From IMG/VR virus record IMGVR_UViG_3300029288_000056, positions 32,001 to 96,000 of that record: a stretch of 64,000 nt of DNA. One strand, written 5' to 3'. This DNA is from a virus (lineage: Duplodnaviria > Caudoviricetes). Both the position numbers and the translations under genes were made by a program. How positions within the stretch are numbered: position 1 is the stretch's first letter; each line of letters opens with the position of its first letter. Positions 19,058-28,439 of the stretch are shown here, in pieces. Below the pieces are notes generated by a model, which had not been told where the DNA came from, did no database searches, and worked only from the letters and a program-made list of their open reading frames with translations.

Positions 19058-20908
19058 TTAACCTCTCACTGTGTTGTAGTAAATTTCTGCTGCTTGGTAG
19101 TTGTCACCGAAGCTGGTAACCTTTTCATAGTCTTCTTTCAACCAACGTAAAATCTCTTCTGGACTCAAATCGCCGTGCGCTGTCATACTAAAACCATTCG
19201 CATTACCCATCAATCTAGTTTCTTGCCACTTGTTTGAAAAGTCGGCGGGGCCGTTTCTCTCCATCTTTCCTAAACAGACGTCCGGTCCATCCTCAATCAC
19301 GACATAAAAGACGGCGGGTCCGTCTAGCTCCGCCTCTAGTTTGGCGATCTTCTTGAACGAGTCGGTGAGTGATGCTGAGACAGACTCCATTGGTGTACTG
19401 AGATTGATCATAACGTCAGTGTCGTCGGTGAAGTGAATATATAATTGATCCCCACGGTTAGCCGCATAATCAAATTTCTGTAATATATTCTTCTCAACGA
19501 CGTCTAAGCCGACGAGAAATCCGTTATAGGATATAATCTTTGTTGGATTTGTTTTGTGTAGTGCTCTAATATAATCAAGCACACTTTCTTTTGTATCTAA
19601 CTTTCCCTTAATGTGACGGGCGGCGCTAATATTATGTTCTTCGATTAAGTTCAGTAAATCCACGGCAAATGTATATAGTGCTTCGTTAAATTCACCCTCT
19701 CCGAGGAATTCTGTGATTTTACTTGATTCTTGTTCATTTAAAATGATGAAACCCAAACCCAATCTAACCAAAACCTTGTTAGCAAAAGAAGCTAAACGCT
19801 TTGGGTCTCTTGCTCCTCCATCATAAAGTCTCTTAAATTCGTCGCTGAGAATATATGAGTTTTGAACTGAATCAAAAATTTTATCTATCCTTAATTTGTG
19901 AGTGCTATCATCCGCCGCCACACTAGCACCCAACACCCCATTTATCTTAGCGATAAAATGCCCGAACTGCTCTGCGAAGCTGGGGTTATGATAGTCAAAG
20001 GTGCTATTGAACTCAACCTTCGTAGCACACCTTACCGAAACTGCTCCACTAGGATCGTTTATGCCTACTGAGAACTCCGTCCCATCTTTTGTAACCGCCT
20101 TATAGAGGTTTACGAATGTTGTCATTCCGTTATAGTCTGTGCCAAGGTCGTCTACACCGGCACAGTACTTTTGTAGAATGGTAAAGACTGTGTCGTTAGT
20201 CTTTTTATCCGCCTGTAGAGACGCCGCAAAGTTCTGTCGTCTAAATCCCTTTATCTCAGTATCGGCCGATTCAAACGCGGTTAGGCCCGTATCGTGCCAT
20301 TCCTTAATCATTGTGTCAAACATCGCGTCGTAGTGATTCTTGATAACGCGCAAGTAGTTCTGCTCTTGGATCCTTTTGATGAACTGAGCCTTGAAGGTCT
20401 CGAAGTCCCCGACTGGCCCATCCGGTAGCTGATCTTCCGACTCACTTGCTCCTCGATCGCTTAGAATGTCGCCAAAGTAGTAGGGGTCTTCATCTGCAAA
20501 GGCTTGAAGCTTTTTGCAAGCAGCGAACAAATTAAGTCTGGAAGCACTAGCTCGTGGCGTTAGTTCTTCTTTTAACCTGCGAGCAAAATGAGAAATAGTC
20601 GTTGCTTGAAGTGATATACTGGGCGTATTAGGTGTATCCGCCGTTAGATGACAATTTACAAATGTTTCCCATCCATCATAAGCGCTTTTTTCATTACCCG
20701 ATCTGGAACTGCCCAAGAACAGGCTGATAATATATGACTTGCCATTAATTTCCACAAGACGTGACAATCCATTAGCGTTTCTGTGCTCAATATATTTACC
20801 ACCTAATTCCTCAACCACCTTCTTGGCCGCATCATAATACTGTTGCTCAAGTTGTAGTTCTTCTTTTGATTTATAAGCGTTCAGATTTATATTTTTAAAA
20901 TATTTCAT
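19058..20908 (-). CDS. Multi-module putative polyprotein, tag A (start revised to 20908)
   Basis: GGAG RBS then MKYFKNINLNA. Linkers ASASRLNLFAACKKLQA, FAASLQA, LGASVAA, ISAAR, SAS..KLEA. Confidence 0.8.
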   Translation of the reverse strand: MKYFKNINLNAYKSKEELQLEQQYYDAAKKVVEELGGKYIEHRNANGLSRLVEINGKSYIISLFLGSSRSGNEKSAYDGWETFVNCHLTADTPNTPSISLQATTISHFARRLKEELTPRASASRLNLFAACKKLQAFADEDPYYFGDILSDRGASESEDQLPDGPVGDFETFKAQFIKRIQEQNYLRVIKNHYDAMFDTMIKEWHDTGLTAFESADTEIKGFRRQNFAASLQADKKTNDTVFTILQKYCAGVDDLGTDYNGMTTFVNLYKAVTKDGTEFSVGINDPSGAVSVRCATKVEFNSTFDYHNPSFAEQFGHFIAKINGVLGASVAADDSTHKLRIDKIFDSVQNSYILSDEFKRLYDGGARDPKRLASFANKVLVRLGLGFIILNEQESSKITEFLGEGEFNEALYTFAVDLLNLIEEHNISAARHIKGKLDTKESVLDYIRALHKTNPTKIISYNGFLVGLDVVEKNILQKFDYAANRGDQLYIHFTDDTDVMINLSTPMESVSASLTDSFKKIAKLEAELDGPAVFYVVIEDGPDVCLGKMERNGPADFSNKWQETRLMGNANGFSMTAHGDLSPEEILRWLKEDYEKVTSFGDNYQAAEIYYNTVRG

Positions 20909-20915
20909 AGGTCTC

Positions 20916-21371
20916 CTAAAACATGTCCGTAACATTTAATGGTTTAAAGTCGTTATTGATCGTGTTGTTCAGTTCCTCGTTTAAAACCTTTTCCGTCAGC
21001 ATAACAAGGTTGTCGGTGTCGATGTTGTCAGGAATGATAATCGGCGATGTCTGTTGGAAGTCTGTAACCGCAGTTGGCCCGACGGTTGACTGCGCGATGA
21101 GATTGTTTTCAAAACTCGTCTTCAGCGCGGTAAGAAGGTCGTCTACCAGTTCGCTGTTGTCTTGATTCGCGTCATAAAGCGGCTGAATGGCGAGATCAAG
21201 ATCGCCCTTATTGTCGGCGTCGAGAATGTGTTTAGCAGCATCGATGGAACCGTAAAGGCCGTTTTCTACATCATCCATTAATTCTAAAGAATCTTCCCAC
21301 CTCAGAACGTAGTCATACTGTTCTCTATTTCTTCTCTGCAGTTCGCTCTTTAAGACGTCCCATTTATTCAT
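20916..21371 (-). CDS. Hypothetical; N-terminus paralogous to 7762..8202
   Basis: MNKWDVLKS; linker IDAAKHILDA. Confidence 0.7.
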   Translation of the reverse strand: MNKWDVLKSELQRRNREQYDYVLRWEDSLELMDDVENGLYGSIDAAKHILDADNKGDLDLAIQPLYDANQDNSELVDDLLTALKTSFENNLIAQSTVGPTAVTDFQQTSPIIIPDNIDTDNLVMLTEKVLNEELNNTINNDFKPLNVTDMF

Positions 21372-21372
21372 G

Positions 21373-21555
21373 TTATTCCTCTGCACCCTGTTGAAAATTA
21401 CTGAATTTATCGAGAATAAACGCTAATTGAACCGCCGCGTTTTTAGGGCCTATGTCCTCATTTTGTAATAAATCCCATAATTTCTCTAACTCATCATATA
21501 CCTCGTCAAACAATCCCCAATCAGTCTTGTTTGCTTCTAGTTTAAAGTATCTCAT
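21373..21555 (-). CDS. Small hypothetical, tag A variant
   Basis: MRYFKLEA. Confidence 0.75.
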   Translation of the reverse strand: MRYFKLEANKTDWGLFDEVYDELEKLWDLLQNEDIGPKNAAVQLAFILDKFSNFQQGAEE

Positions 21556-21577
21556 TATATCCCCAATCCACTAAGGT

Positions 21578-21793
21578 CTATACCTTTGTAAGAGTGTCGA
21601 TTAATTCTTTACAATACTTAATAGCAACGTTCCAATCATTAACAGCGTTGGTATACATTGCGTCGCCCGATTCGCCATAATAACTATCTTCGTCTGGCTC
21701 ACTAAAATTAAGTACCTCTAAAATCAAGTTCAGTTTTTCAATATAACTTTGCGCCTTTATTGGGTCAAGGTTGGCGTTCTTAAAATATTTCAT
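21578..21793 (-). CDS. Small hypothetical, tag A
   Basis: MKYFKNA; GGAG RBS. Confidence 0.8.
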   Translation of the reverse strand: MKYFKNANLDPIKAQSYIEKLNLILEVLNFSEPDEDSYYGESGDAMYTNAVNDWNVAIKYCKELIDTLTKV

Positions 21794-21802
21794 GTGATCT
21801 CC

Positions 21803-22183
21803 TTATGTTATTACTGTATCTTTAGGTATCCCAGTGAATGGCAAAGCCATATACTCCCTAACTTTGTCAATAGAATCTATTTTTGTATGTCCATAATCAA
21901 TTAAATCAGGTCTTAAGTCGTGGCCGTCACCTGTTATATCACCAGTAGGACTTACATAACAATAGCCGCCAAAAAGAATTTTAAGGGGTAGAATAACAAA
22001 ATGAGTTTCACTATTATATACCACTTCTGCTAATCTTTCCCGATGACTACTTGATTCACCTTTCCAGTCAGAAGAAACCCACCTTACGAACGTGGCGGTT
22101 CCTTGGTGTAACAGGTTTATTTGCTGGCCCTTTTTAATATCACCAACATAAGTGCCAATGGATGCGAATTTGAAATATTTCAT
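21803..22183 (-). CDS. Hypothetical, tag A (start revised to 22183)
   Basis: AGGGGA RBS then MKYFKFAS. Confidence 0.75.
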   Translation of the reverse strand: MKYFKFASIGTYVGDIKKGQQINLLHQGTATFVRWVSSDWKGESSSHRERLAEVVYNSETHFVILPLKILFGGYCYVSPTGDITGDGHDLRPDLIDYGHTKIDSIDKVREYMALPFTGIPKDTVIT

Positions 22184-22190
22184 ATTTCCC

Positions 22191-22571
22191 CTAATCGTGT
22201 CCGTATCTAGAAAGCCCGAAACAATCTTCACTGCTGTTACCATAAGGCGGCTTAGCAATATAACTGTCGGGCGGATTCGTATAAAATTCTGTTGTTACTT
22301 TTCTTACTACTTCCCAAACTCGCTCTGGGTCGATGTTGCTCGCCTTCAATTCGGAACGTCTGGTTAAAAGAGTGTCACCTTCATAGCGAATGTGCGGGAC
22401 AAAGATGGTCTCTACAAGTCCAAGCGGTTCTAAGGCTTTGTAAAGTCTTTCCCACAACGTATAGGCACCCAACTTCGTCAGTCCTTTAGGCATCAAGTTC
22501 GAGCCGAGTGCTAAGTAACTTATGGTAGCGTTACCGAATTCTGAGTTTAAGAATTGGCCGAGTTTATTCAT
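22191..22571 (-). CDS. Hypothetical, tag B
   Basis: MNKLGQFLNS. Confidence 0.7.
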   Translation of the reverse strand: MNKLGQFLNSEFGNATISYLALGSNLMPKGLTKLGAYTLWERLYKALEPLGLVETIFVPHIRYEGDTLLTRRSELKASNIDPERVWEVVRKVTTEFYTNPPDSYIAKPPYGNSSEDCFGLSRYGHD

Positions 22572-23190
22572 CTTCACCGAAGTGTTCTCTAACCAAGTCT
22601 TCTTCCCAATTTTGTTTAGGGTCGTTAACAGAGATCTGAACTTTCCATTCTAGGCTGCCCCAATATCTGAACTTTACTAAGCCCCACATGCTTCCCATGA
22701 AACAGTGAATCAGTTCCGCCTGCATTTTGTCAGAGGTTAGAATGTCTTTCACGCGTACGAAGAATTCGAGATTAGAGTCGTCCATTTCTTTAAGATCGGA
22801 GGCTAGTTCAAACCCACCTTTTGATAGTAACTGATTTATCTTTTGACCGCTCATACTTGTGCTTGTCATATCGCGTAAAAATTCTGCACTAAGTATTTCC
22901 TTATGTGGCCTAAAATAAAGCAGCCATCTATCTAGATTCCAAACCGGTGTAGTATAAGGGCTGATATCAACAACGTCGATCCCATCCTCTATGAGTTGAG
23001 ATTTTATATCTTCTACGATTACTCCCTCCGGGGCAGGGCCTTTGAAACCGAATTCACAGATAACCTCGTCCCCTGCGTTTCGCATACCGATAACTTCACC
23101 GCCGAAATCACGTATGATGAAGTCAACCTTAGTCTCATCTCCAACTCCCGCGGTAAATTTACCGTTTAAAAAATCGTTGAGTTTTCCCAT
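22564..23190 (-). CDS. Two-module hypothetical, tag B
   Basis: MGKLNDFLNGKFTA; internal ILSA. Confidence 0.75.
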   Translation of the reverse strand: MGKLNDFLNGKFTAGVGDETKVDFIIRDFGGEVIGMRNAGDEVICEFGFKGPAPEGVIVEDIKSQLIEDGIDVVDISPYTTPVWNLDRWLLYFRPHKEILSAEFLRDMTSTSMSGQKINQLLSKGGFELASDLKEMDDSNLEFFVRVKDILTSDKMQAELIHCFMGSMWGLVKFRYWGSLEWKVQISVNDPKQNWEEDLVREHFGEDE

Positions 23191-23444
23191 TACAATACCT
23201 CATAAAAAAGTGCGCTGTCTGGCGATGTATCACCAGTTGCTATATAGTGTTTCTTACCGAGTAACCCAGCCTTCCAATCGCCGGCTGGCAACAGTCTTTT
23301 CAGCCCATTGACGATCTCGGCGAGATATATTTCATATGAATTTCCGGCGGGTGAATAATTAATATCCTCGTAAACTACCTGTCCCTCGTTGTATACGACT
23401 AATACGAATTCATTATCGGCTGCTGCATTTTTAAAGTATTTCAT
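23190..23444 (-). CDS. Small hypothetical, tag A
   Basis: MKYFKNAAA. Confidence 0.8.
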   Translation of the reverse strand: MKYFKNAAADNEFVLVVYNEGQVVYEDINYSPAGNSYEIYLAEIVNGLKRLLPAGDWKAGLLGKKHYIATGDTSPDSALFYEVL

Positions 23445-23970
23445 GGCTCTCCTTTAGCTTAGCTAAAATACGTTGCTCTCGTTCCTTGTGCTCCCACCAA
23501 ACCAATAGCGCAACTGCGTCGGTTACGTGATCGGAAAGGCTCCCAAAACTCAAAATCTCTGGGTGAAGATTAACTACTCGGTTTGCGGTCCGTTCTTTAT
23601 TCTCTGTAATCGGGCTCACACCGTTAACCTTTACAAGGTGTGGTGGTATACACAACATCTTAACCGATCTACCGATCAACAGCATTTGGATCTCCATGAT
23701 CAGTTCGTACAGTTTCTTGATACTGGAGTCCATCATGTGCGGCGAGTACATGTTTCCCCGCGAGTGAGCGTAGAAGCTCGGCAACTCTACAACGACGAGA
23801 TCGGGTCTGTGCTCGTCCAGTCTTTCGCCCAACCACTTAACTACCTGACGGATTTTGTCGCAATACTCTTTACCCTTTGGATCGAGCTGGTCTACGTGAG
23901 TTATGGTTCTGTCGTTCATAACTGCGAGACCGCAATGAGTACCGCCGGGGTCTAGTGCAAGGGTAATCAT
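23431..23970 (-). CDS. ruvC: RuvC-like Holliday junction resolvase
   Basis: LALDPG..CGLA, VVVE, P..VK, DHVTDAVA. Confidence 0.85.
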   Translation of the reverse strand: MITLALDPGGTHCGLAVMNDRTITHVDQLDPKGKEYCDKIRQVVKWLGERLDEHRPDLVVVELPSFYAHSRGNMYSPHMMDSSIKKLYELIMEIQMLLIGRSVKMLCIPPHLVKVNGVSPITENKERTANRVVNLHPEILSFGSLSDHVTDAVALLVWWEHKEREQRILAKLKESHEIL

Positions 23971-24599
23971 TTATTTTTTGAATACCATTGATCAAAGGCT
24001 TGGGTTATATTCATTGCAAGTTCATCTGTGTTATAACCTAGCATTCCTAAAACCATATCTACAATATCCCACTTATCGTTTGTATCATCTATTCTTAGAC
24101 CGAAAAGATTTATTGCGTAATCGGGCTCTGAAAGAAGTTCTGGTTCACGATCTTTATCTTCTTTCCACTCATCTTCAAACTCACTTGTAATAGATATAAT
24201 AACACTAGGGTCCGCAGCCGCGTTTAATCTCCCACTGACCAACTGTCTTACCTTATCTGCGTCTTTAATGTATTTCATTTCCTTAGCGGCGCCCAATTTG
24301 CCGAGTTTTTCCTCAGCTACGAGTGCGAGCATTCCCGCTAACTTATCCCCAGCATCCTCGCGCCCTTCCTCAAATTCATTTTCATCATCTGGCTCATCAG
24401 TAAACCAATCGGAAGAGAAGTCATTTCCAAATTCCTCCCATACCCAGTCGGGAATATTTCCTTTTACTATTTTTCGTAACGCACTTTTAAATTGAGCGTC
24501 ACTAACTTCCCCGACACCTAACTCTTCCGCTAATGATTCTGTCAGTTTATTGTCTAAAAGCTCTTTAGCGTAATCATGAATATAATCTAAGTCTAGCAT
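23967..24599 (-). CDS. Acidic two-module protein with internal tag A variant
   Basis: LGAAKEMKYIKDADKV...RLNA (ATG at 24278), similar to the N-terminus of 16150..16911. Confidence 0.75.
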   Translation of the reverse strand: MLDLDYIHDYAKELLDNKLTESLAEELGVGEVSDAQFKSALRKIVKGNIPDWVWEEFGNDFSSDWFTDEPDDENEFEEGREDAGDKLAGMLALVAEEKLGKLGAAKEMKYIKDADKVRQLVSGRLNAAADPSVIISITSEFEDEWKEDKDREPELLSEPDYAINLFGLRIDDTNDKWDIVDMVLGMLGYNTDELAMNITQAFDQWYSKNK

Positions 24600-25711
24600 A
24601 TTTTCCCCTTTAAAGACTTAATAACTGCATTATAGACCTCTTCCGGGTCTATGTAGGAACTGCACATCCCAAATCCGTACTCATCTGGGTACAGACAGAC
24701 TTCTCGGTTACAGGGTTGGCAGTCTAATTCTTTGCCACCTACAATTGTAACATTTTCACCATAAAAATTTTTAATTAGGTTCTTATTCGGGACAACCGCG
24801 ACTACCGGGATCCCTAAGGCTCGTCCCAAGTGGAGTAGGAAGCTGTCAAACGCCACAATGACGTCCGCGTTAGACAGTAGCGCAATAAGATCCGATACCT
24901 GTTCAGTTAGACCTCCGATAACGGCGGTTTTGTGCTCGTTGAGATTAAACTTGTAAGTCAGATCAACCCCTAGTTGAGTGGCTTCCGCCAAGTAGTAATA
25001 AGCCTGATCGAGGGATCCGACCATAAGACAGTTGGCTTCCTCCGTTACTCGGTCAGAGATCTCCAGCATCTTCACCGGAGGATAGGTCTTGCAAACAGAA
25101 CTCGCCGCTAATTGCCAGATTACTAAAGGTTTGGTCGGGGTGTAAAAGTTGCACTCAAACCTTCGGCCTTCAATGACGTGGATTCGATTGCCGTTAAGCC
25201 AGTCTTTCCAGTATTCCTGAGTATTGGGGTTCGGATAGCAGACCAAATCGTTATCACCGTCATCTTTCATTTCGAAGTACTCTTTGTAATTATCCGCGCC
25301 CTCTTGTGGGATCTGCAAATAGACGCACTCCCAGTCCTCTAAAGCGTCTAGAAGAATCGGCGTCGCCCTAACTTCAATCGGGAGCCGGCATGCGTTGAGA
25401 ACGTAAGAGCTGTTCTCCCCGGTTACGACCATGAACTTCTTAGTCGGATTGTCCTTGATCAACTGCCGTATCAACGGAGAGATCATTAGCGCGTCACCAA
25501 GCGAAAGGTCTACTATGATTGCAACCTTGTCCTTGCTGATCTCGTCCAACGAAGTACAGAACTGAAAATCTGCGTCGGTATCAATCACGTTGAAGATCTT
25601 CTTAAACCCAACATACTCACTTAACATTAAGTAAGGGATACTGTCCATAAATACACGTTTCCCGTGAGGTGTCTCAACGGGAGTATTGCTGCTGAATTTT
25701 ACGATAAACAC
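24593..25711 (-). CDS. GT9 (heptosyltransferase-like) glycosyltransferase
   Basis: LGDALM, KTYP, DSFLLHLG.ALGIP, CQPC..C..C. Confidence 0.8.
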   Translation of the reverse strand: MFIVKFSSNTPVETPHGKRVFMDSIPYLMLSEYVGFKKIFNVIDTDADFQFCTSLDEISKDKVAIIVDLSLGDALMISPLIRQLIKDNPTKKFMVVTGENSSYVLNACRLPIEVRATPILLDALEDWECVYLQIPQEGADNYKEYFEMKDDGDNDLVCYPNPNTQEYWKDWLNGNRIHVIEGRRFECNFYTPTKPLVIWQLAASSVCKTYPPVKMLEISDRVTEEANCLMVGSLDQAYYYLAEATQLGVDLTYKFNLNEHKTAVIGGLTEQVSDLIALLSNADVIVAFDSFLLHLGRALGIPVVAVVPNKNLIKNFYGENVTIVGGKELDCQPCNREVCLYPDEYGFGMCSSYIDPEEVYNAVIKSLKGKIC

Positions 25712-25719
25712 ATTAACTC

Positions 25720-26967
25720 CTAAACGTTCATATTACACGATAAGCCATGCCACCCAAATTCGCCAGAGTATTTCTCTCCCGGCAAATAGAGTGACGCTGA
25801 AAACTTCTTAGCTAACTCAAGTGGCGCGAATTTAAATCCCATCCGCTCCAGTTTACTTCTTAATCTAACACAAATTATGTAGTCCTCGGGATGGTAGTAA
25901 GCAGGTTTAGAGACGTTGACAATTTCCGATAACGTCTCTTGAAGCTTCCTACTCCTGAGTGAGAATCCACCGTTACCGACTAAAAGCTCTGACGACCAGC
26001 TATTAACCGATGCGCCAATGTAGTCGTAGTCTAGAAACCTCTTGTCGTAAGAGTTCTTGTTAAGTACAAATCCGTCATACTGGGTCACTAAGACGAAGTC
26101 CTTCTCTATGTGTCTGTACAAGTCCGACATACAAAAGAACGAGTAGTTCTCTTTTGATATCAGCGGGTAAATCTCAACGTACTGTATTCCCTCTGGAAGG
26201 TCAGCCGGCCTAGGAAGGCTGGTTAGAAGTTTAACTTCCCCACACTCAACCTCTTCCATACTTCTCTTCAACGCCTTTACCGCACGAGCCGTGTTTAGAC
26301 AATCAACAGCCACCATTGAGACGTTGGGTAGTTTAACTAAATGGCTATTCGGCTTCTCTATTTTAGCCACAACCCTATCTAGCCAAACAACATTATAGTC
26401 CATGCGGTTTTCGAAGACCTCGTTTATAAAACTAAAATCCCCGCACCTAGGGACACCAAAGGCATGTATGTGTTTTTTCCACACGTCCTCCCTCACTACG
26501 AAGCACATTGTGTCCACTCTATTTTTTTGTGGGCGGTTACCCCAAATCTGATCGGGCGGAAGCATAGCCTCCCCAACCGTGTCTTTGTCCGCTTCAACCC
26601 TAACCATTATAACGTGTGGATTCTTTTTGAACGCTACAAAAGACTTGAGCTCCTTGATAAAATCATCATCTACGATTTTGTTGTCGTCGTCAAGGATATA
26701 TACGTATCTACCCGTCGCCCTATCTTTATTCAGTGATAAGCTTTTGTTCGCATCATGAAGACCGTCCCTGTGATTGTGTACAAAGACCTGTTCATAATCC
26801 CGATCGCTCTGTTTTTTAAGCGAGTCTATGTTCCTTAAAAGTAGTTCCGGCCTATCGCAACACCGAGTAACGACGGTAAGAAAAGGTTGCCCAGAGACGT
26901 TGTCTCCGACAAAGACCTTACTGCCTATTATCGATTTTACCTTGAGATACTCGGGTGTATCAAACAT
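25720..26967 (-). CDS. GT2-like domain plus DUF5672-like GT domain
   Basis: YILDDD; QYDGF..YDYIGA..VGNGGFSLRS..PED..FGWHG. Confidence 0.8.
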   Translation of the reverse strand: MFDTPEYLKVKSIIGSKVFVGDNVSGQPFLTVVTRCCDRPELLLRNIDSLKKQSDRDYEQVFVHNHRDGLHDANKSLSLNKDRATGRYVYILDDDNKIVDDDFIKELKSFVAFKKNPHVIMVRVEADKDTVGEAMLPPDQIWGNRPQKNRVDTMCFVVREDVWKKHIHAFGVPRCGDFSFINEVFENRMDYNVVWLDRVVAKIEKPNSHLVKLPNVSMVAVDCLNTARAVKALKRSMEEVECGEVKLLTSLPRPADLPEGIQYVEIYPLISKENYSFFCMSDLYRHIEKDFVLVTQYDGFVLNKNSYDKRFLDYDYIGASVNSWSSELLVGNGGFSLRSRKLQETLSEIVNVSKPAYYHPEDYIICVRLRSKLERMGFKFAPLELAKKFSASLYLPGEKYSGEFGWHGLSCNMNV

Positions 26968-28439
26968 TATTTTTCCGGTGAAGGTAGACTACCGTGCCAG
27001 CCAAACTGGTCCGAGTAGGTGTCCACAGGTGTGTCAAGAAGCACGGCAAATTTGTCGGCTATTTTTGGAGGAGCGAATTTGATTCCGTTTGCCTCTAAAA
27101 CTTTACGATACAATATACAGATCGCCATATCCTCATCGACGCTATTTATTACCTCTAAAGGAATAACCTTTTCTATAACCTCTAGCAGTTTTTTACTCCG
27201 TAATGAGAAGCCTCCGTTCCCAACTATTCTTTCTCCGAACTCCGCAGTATACCCGCTCCAACACCCACCACCGTGGTTTTTAGTTACCACTGGCCCAATG
27301 TAGTCGTATTGCAGGAATTCGTCACTCCAAGAATCCTGATTGAGAGCGTATCCGTCGTACTGTACGATCAAGAAATGTTTCGTGTCTATATAGTCATTTA
27401 AGTGTCTACTGCAGAACACCGAGTAGTCTTGTCTGCTGTTAACGGGGGTTATCTTTACAAACTCAATACTATCTTCAACATTGGCGGGCTTATCAAAATG
27501 TGTAAACAGTTTAACCTTGCCGCATTTTATTTCCTTTGCGGTTCTTCTAATGGCATAGAGGGCTCTGTCTAGGTTGAGACTGTCAACGCAAACCATTGTA
27601 ACTGAGGGCAGTTCAAGTGGAGTCTTATTTAAGGACTTTAGTGTTGTTTTAACTTCACTATCCTTTACGTCCACAGGATCCCCTATTCCCCAAATTTGGC
27701 TCATTAGCTTAACATCGTAACTAAGAGACATCTTTAGGACCTGTTTGTCTAGGCCCCTATTAATCGAAAAAGCCTCTAGGTGGTATACTTTGCTCCAAGG
27801 GCAATACCAAACTTCAAATCCTTTTTCTATAGCGCGGTAACAATAGTCCCTGTCACCACAATAGATTTTGTACCTATCGTCAAAAACACCGATCTCTTTT
27901 CGGCAGTCTGATGTTATATACATGCAGGCACCGGTAACCCAAGTTTGTCGAGTCGGTTCTTCTAATCCAAACGTCTGGCCTAACATTCCCGTAACATGTG
28001 GCGACGTTATCAGCTCTGTTGTTCCACCGAATCTGACAGAATAAGTTCCCCTGTAATCACAGTGATCCAATAATTGTGCGCACATTACCCCAATCTGGGA
28101 CCTTTTGTCTTTTAGCTTAAGGAAGCCGTCCAACCAATTGGGTAAGACTTCACAATCGCTTGATAGCCAAACAACGTCATTGTTCAAGGGGGTTTGTTTT
28201 AGCCCGTAGTTTAAGCCGCCTTGTACACCAAGATTCTCTTTGAGATACTTAACCTTCAACCACTTGAATCGTTTTTCAAACGATTTAAGGACGTCCACCG
28301 AACCATCAACGGATCCCTGTTCAATAATCAAGACTTCGGCTTCCCCGTCATCTAACTGATGAGTATAAGCCCAAAGACTTTCTAATAGCGGGGTTAGTAA
28401 CTCCTTAGTGTTCCAGTTTAATACAATAATTGTAATCAT
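26967..28439 (-). CDS. GT2 domain plus DUF5672-like GT domain
   Basis: IIVLNWN, GSVDGS, FDDRY..Y..D.DYCYR; VGNGGFSLRS, FGWHG. Confidence 0.85.
   Translation of the reverse strand: MITIIVLNWNTKELLTPLLESLWAYTHQLDDGEAEVLIIEQGSVDGSVDVLKSFEKRFKWLKVKYLKENLGVQGGLNYGLKQTPLNNDVVWLSSDCEVLPNWLDGFLKLKDKRSQIGVMCAQLLDHCDYRGTYSVRFGGTTELITSPHVTGMLGQTFGLEEPTRQTWVTGACMYITSDCRKEIGVFDDRYKIYCGDRDYCYRAIEKGFEVWYCPWSKVYHLEAFSINRGLDKQVLKMSLSYDVKLMSQIWGIGDPVDVKDSEVKTTLKSLNKTPLELPSVTMVCVDSLNLDRALYAIRRTAKEIKCGKVKLFTHFDKPANVEDSIEFVKITPVNSRQDYSVFCSRHLNDYIDTKHFLIVQYDGYALNQDSWSDEFLQYDYIGPVVTKNHGGGCWSGYTAEFGERIVGNGGFSLRSKKLLEVIEKVIPLEVINSVDEDMAICILYRKVLEANGIKFAPPKIADKFAVLLDTPVDTYSDQFGWHGSLPSPEK

Noticed and set aside
2425-23444. 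Recurrent DNA string like TTTAAAATATTTCAT as a CRISPR or DNA repeat
   Set aside because: It is the coding sequence of tag A, varies at synonymous positions and is irregularly spaced. No repeat-spacer array.
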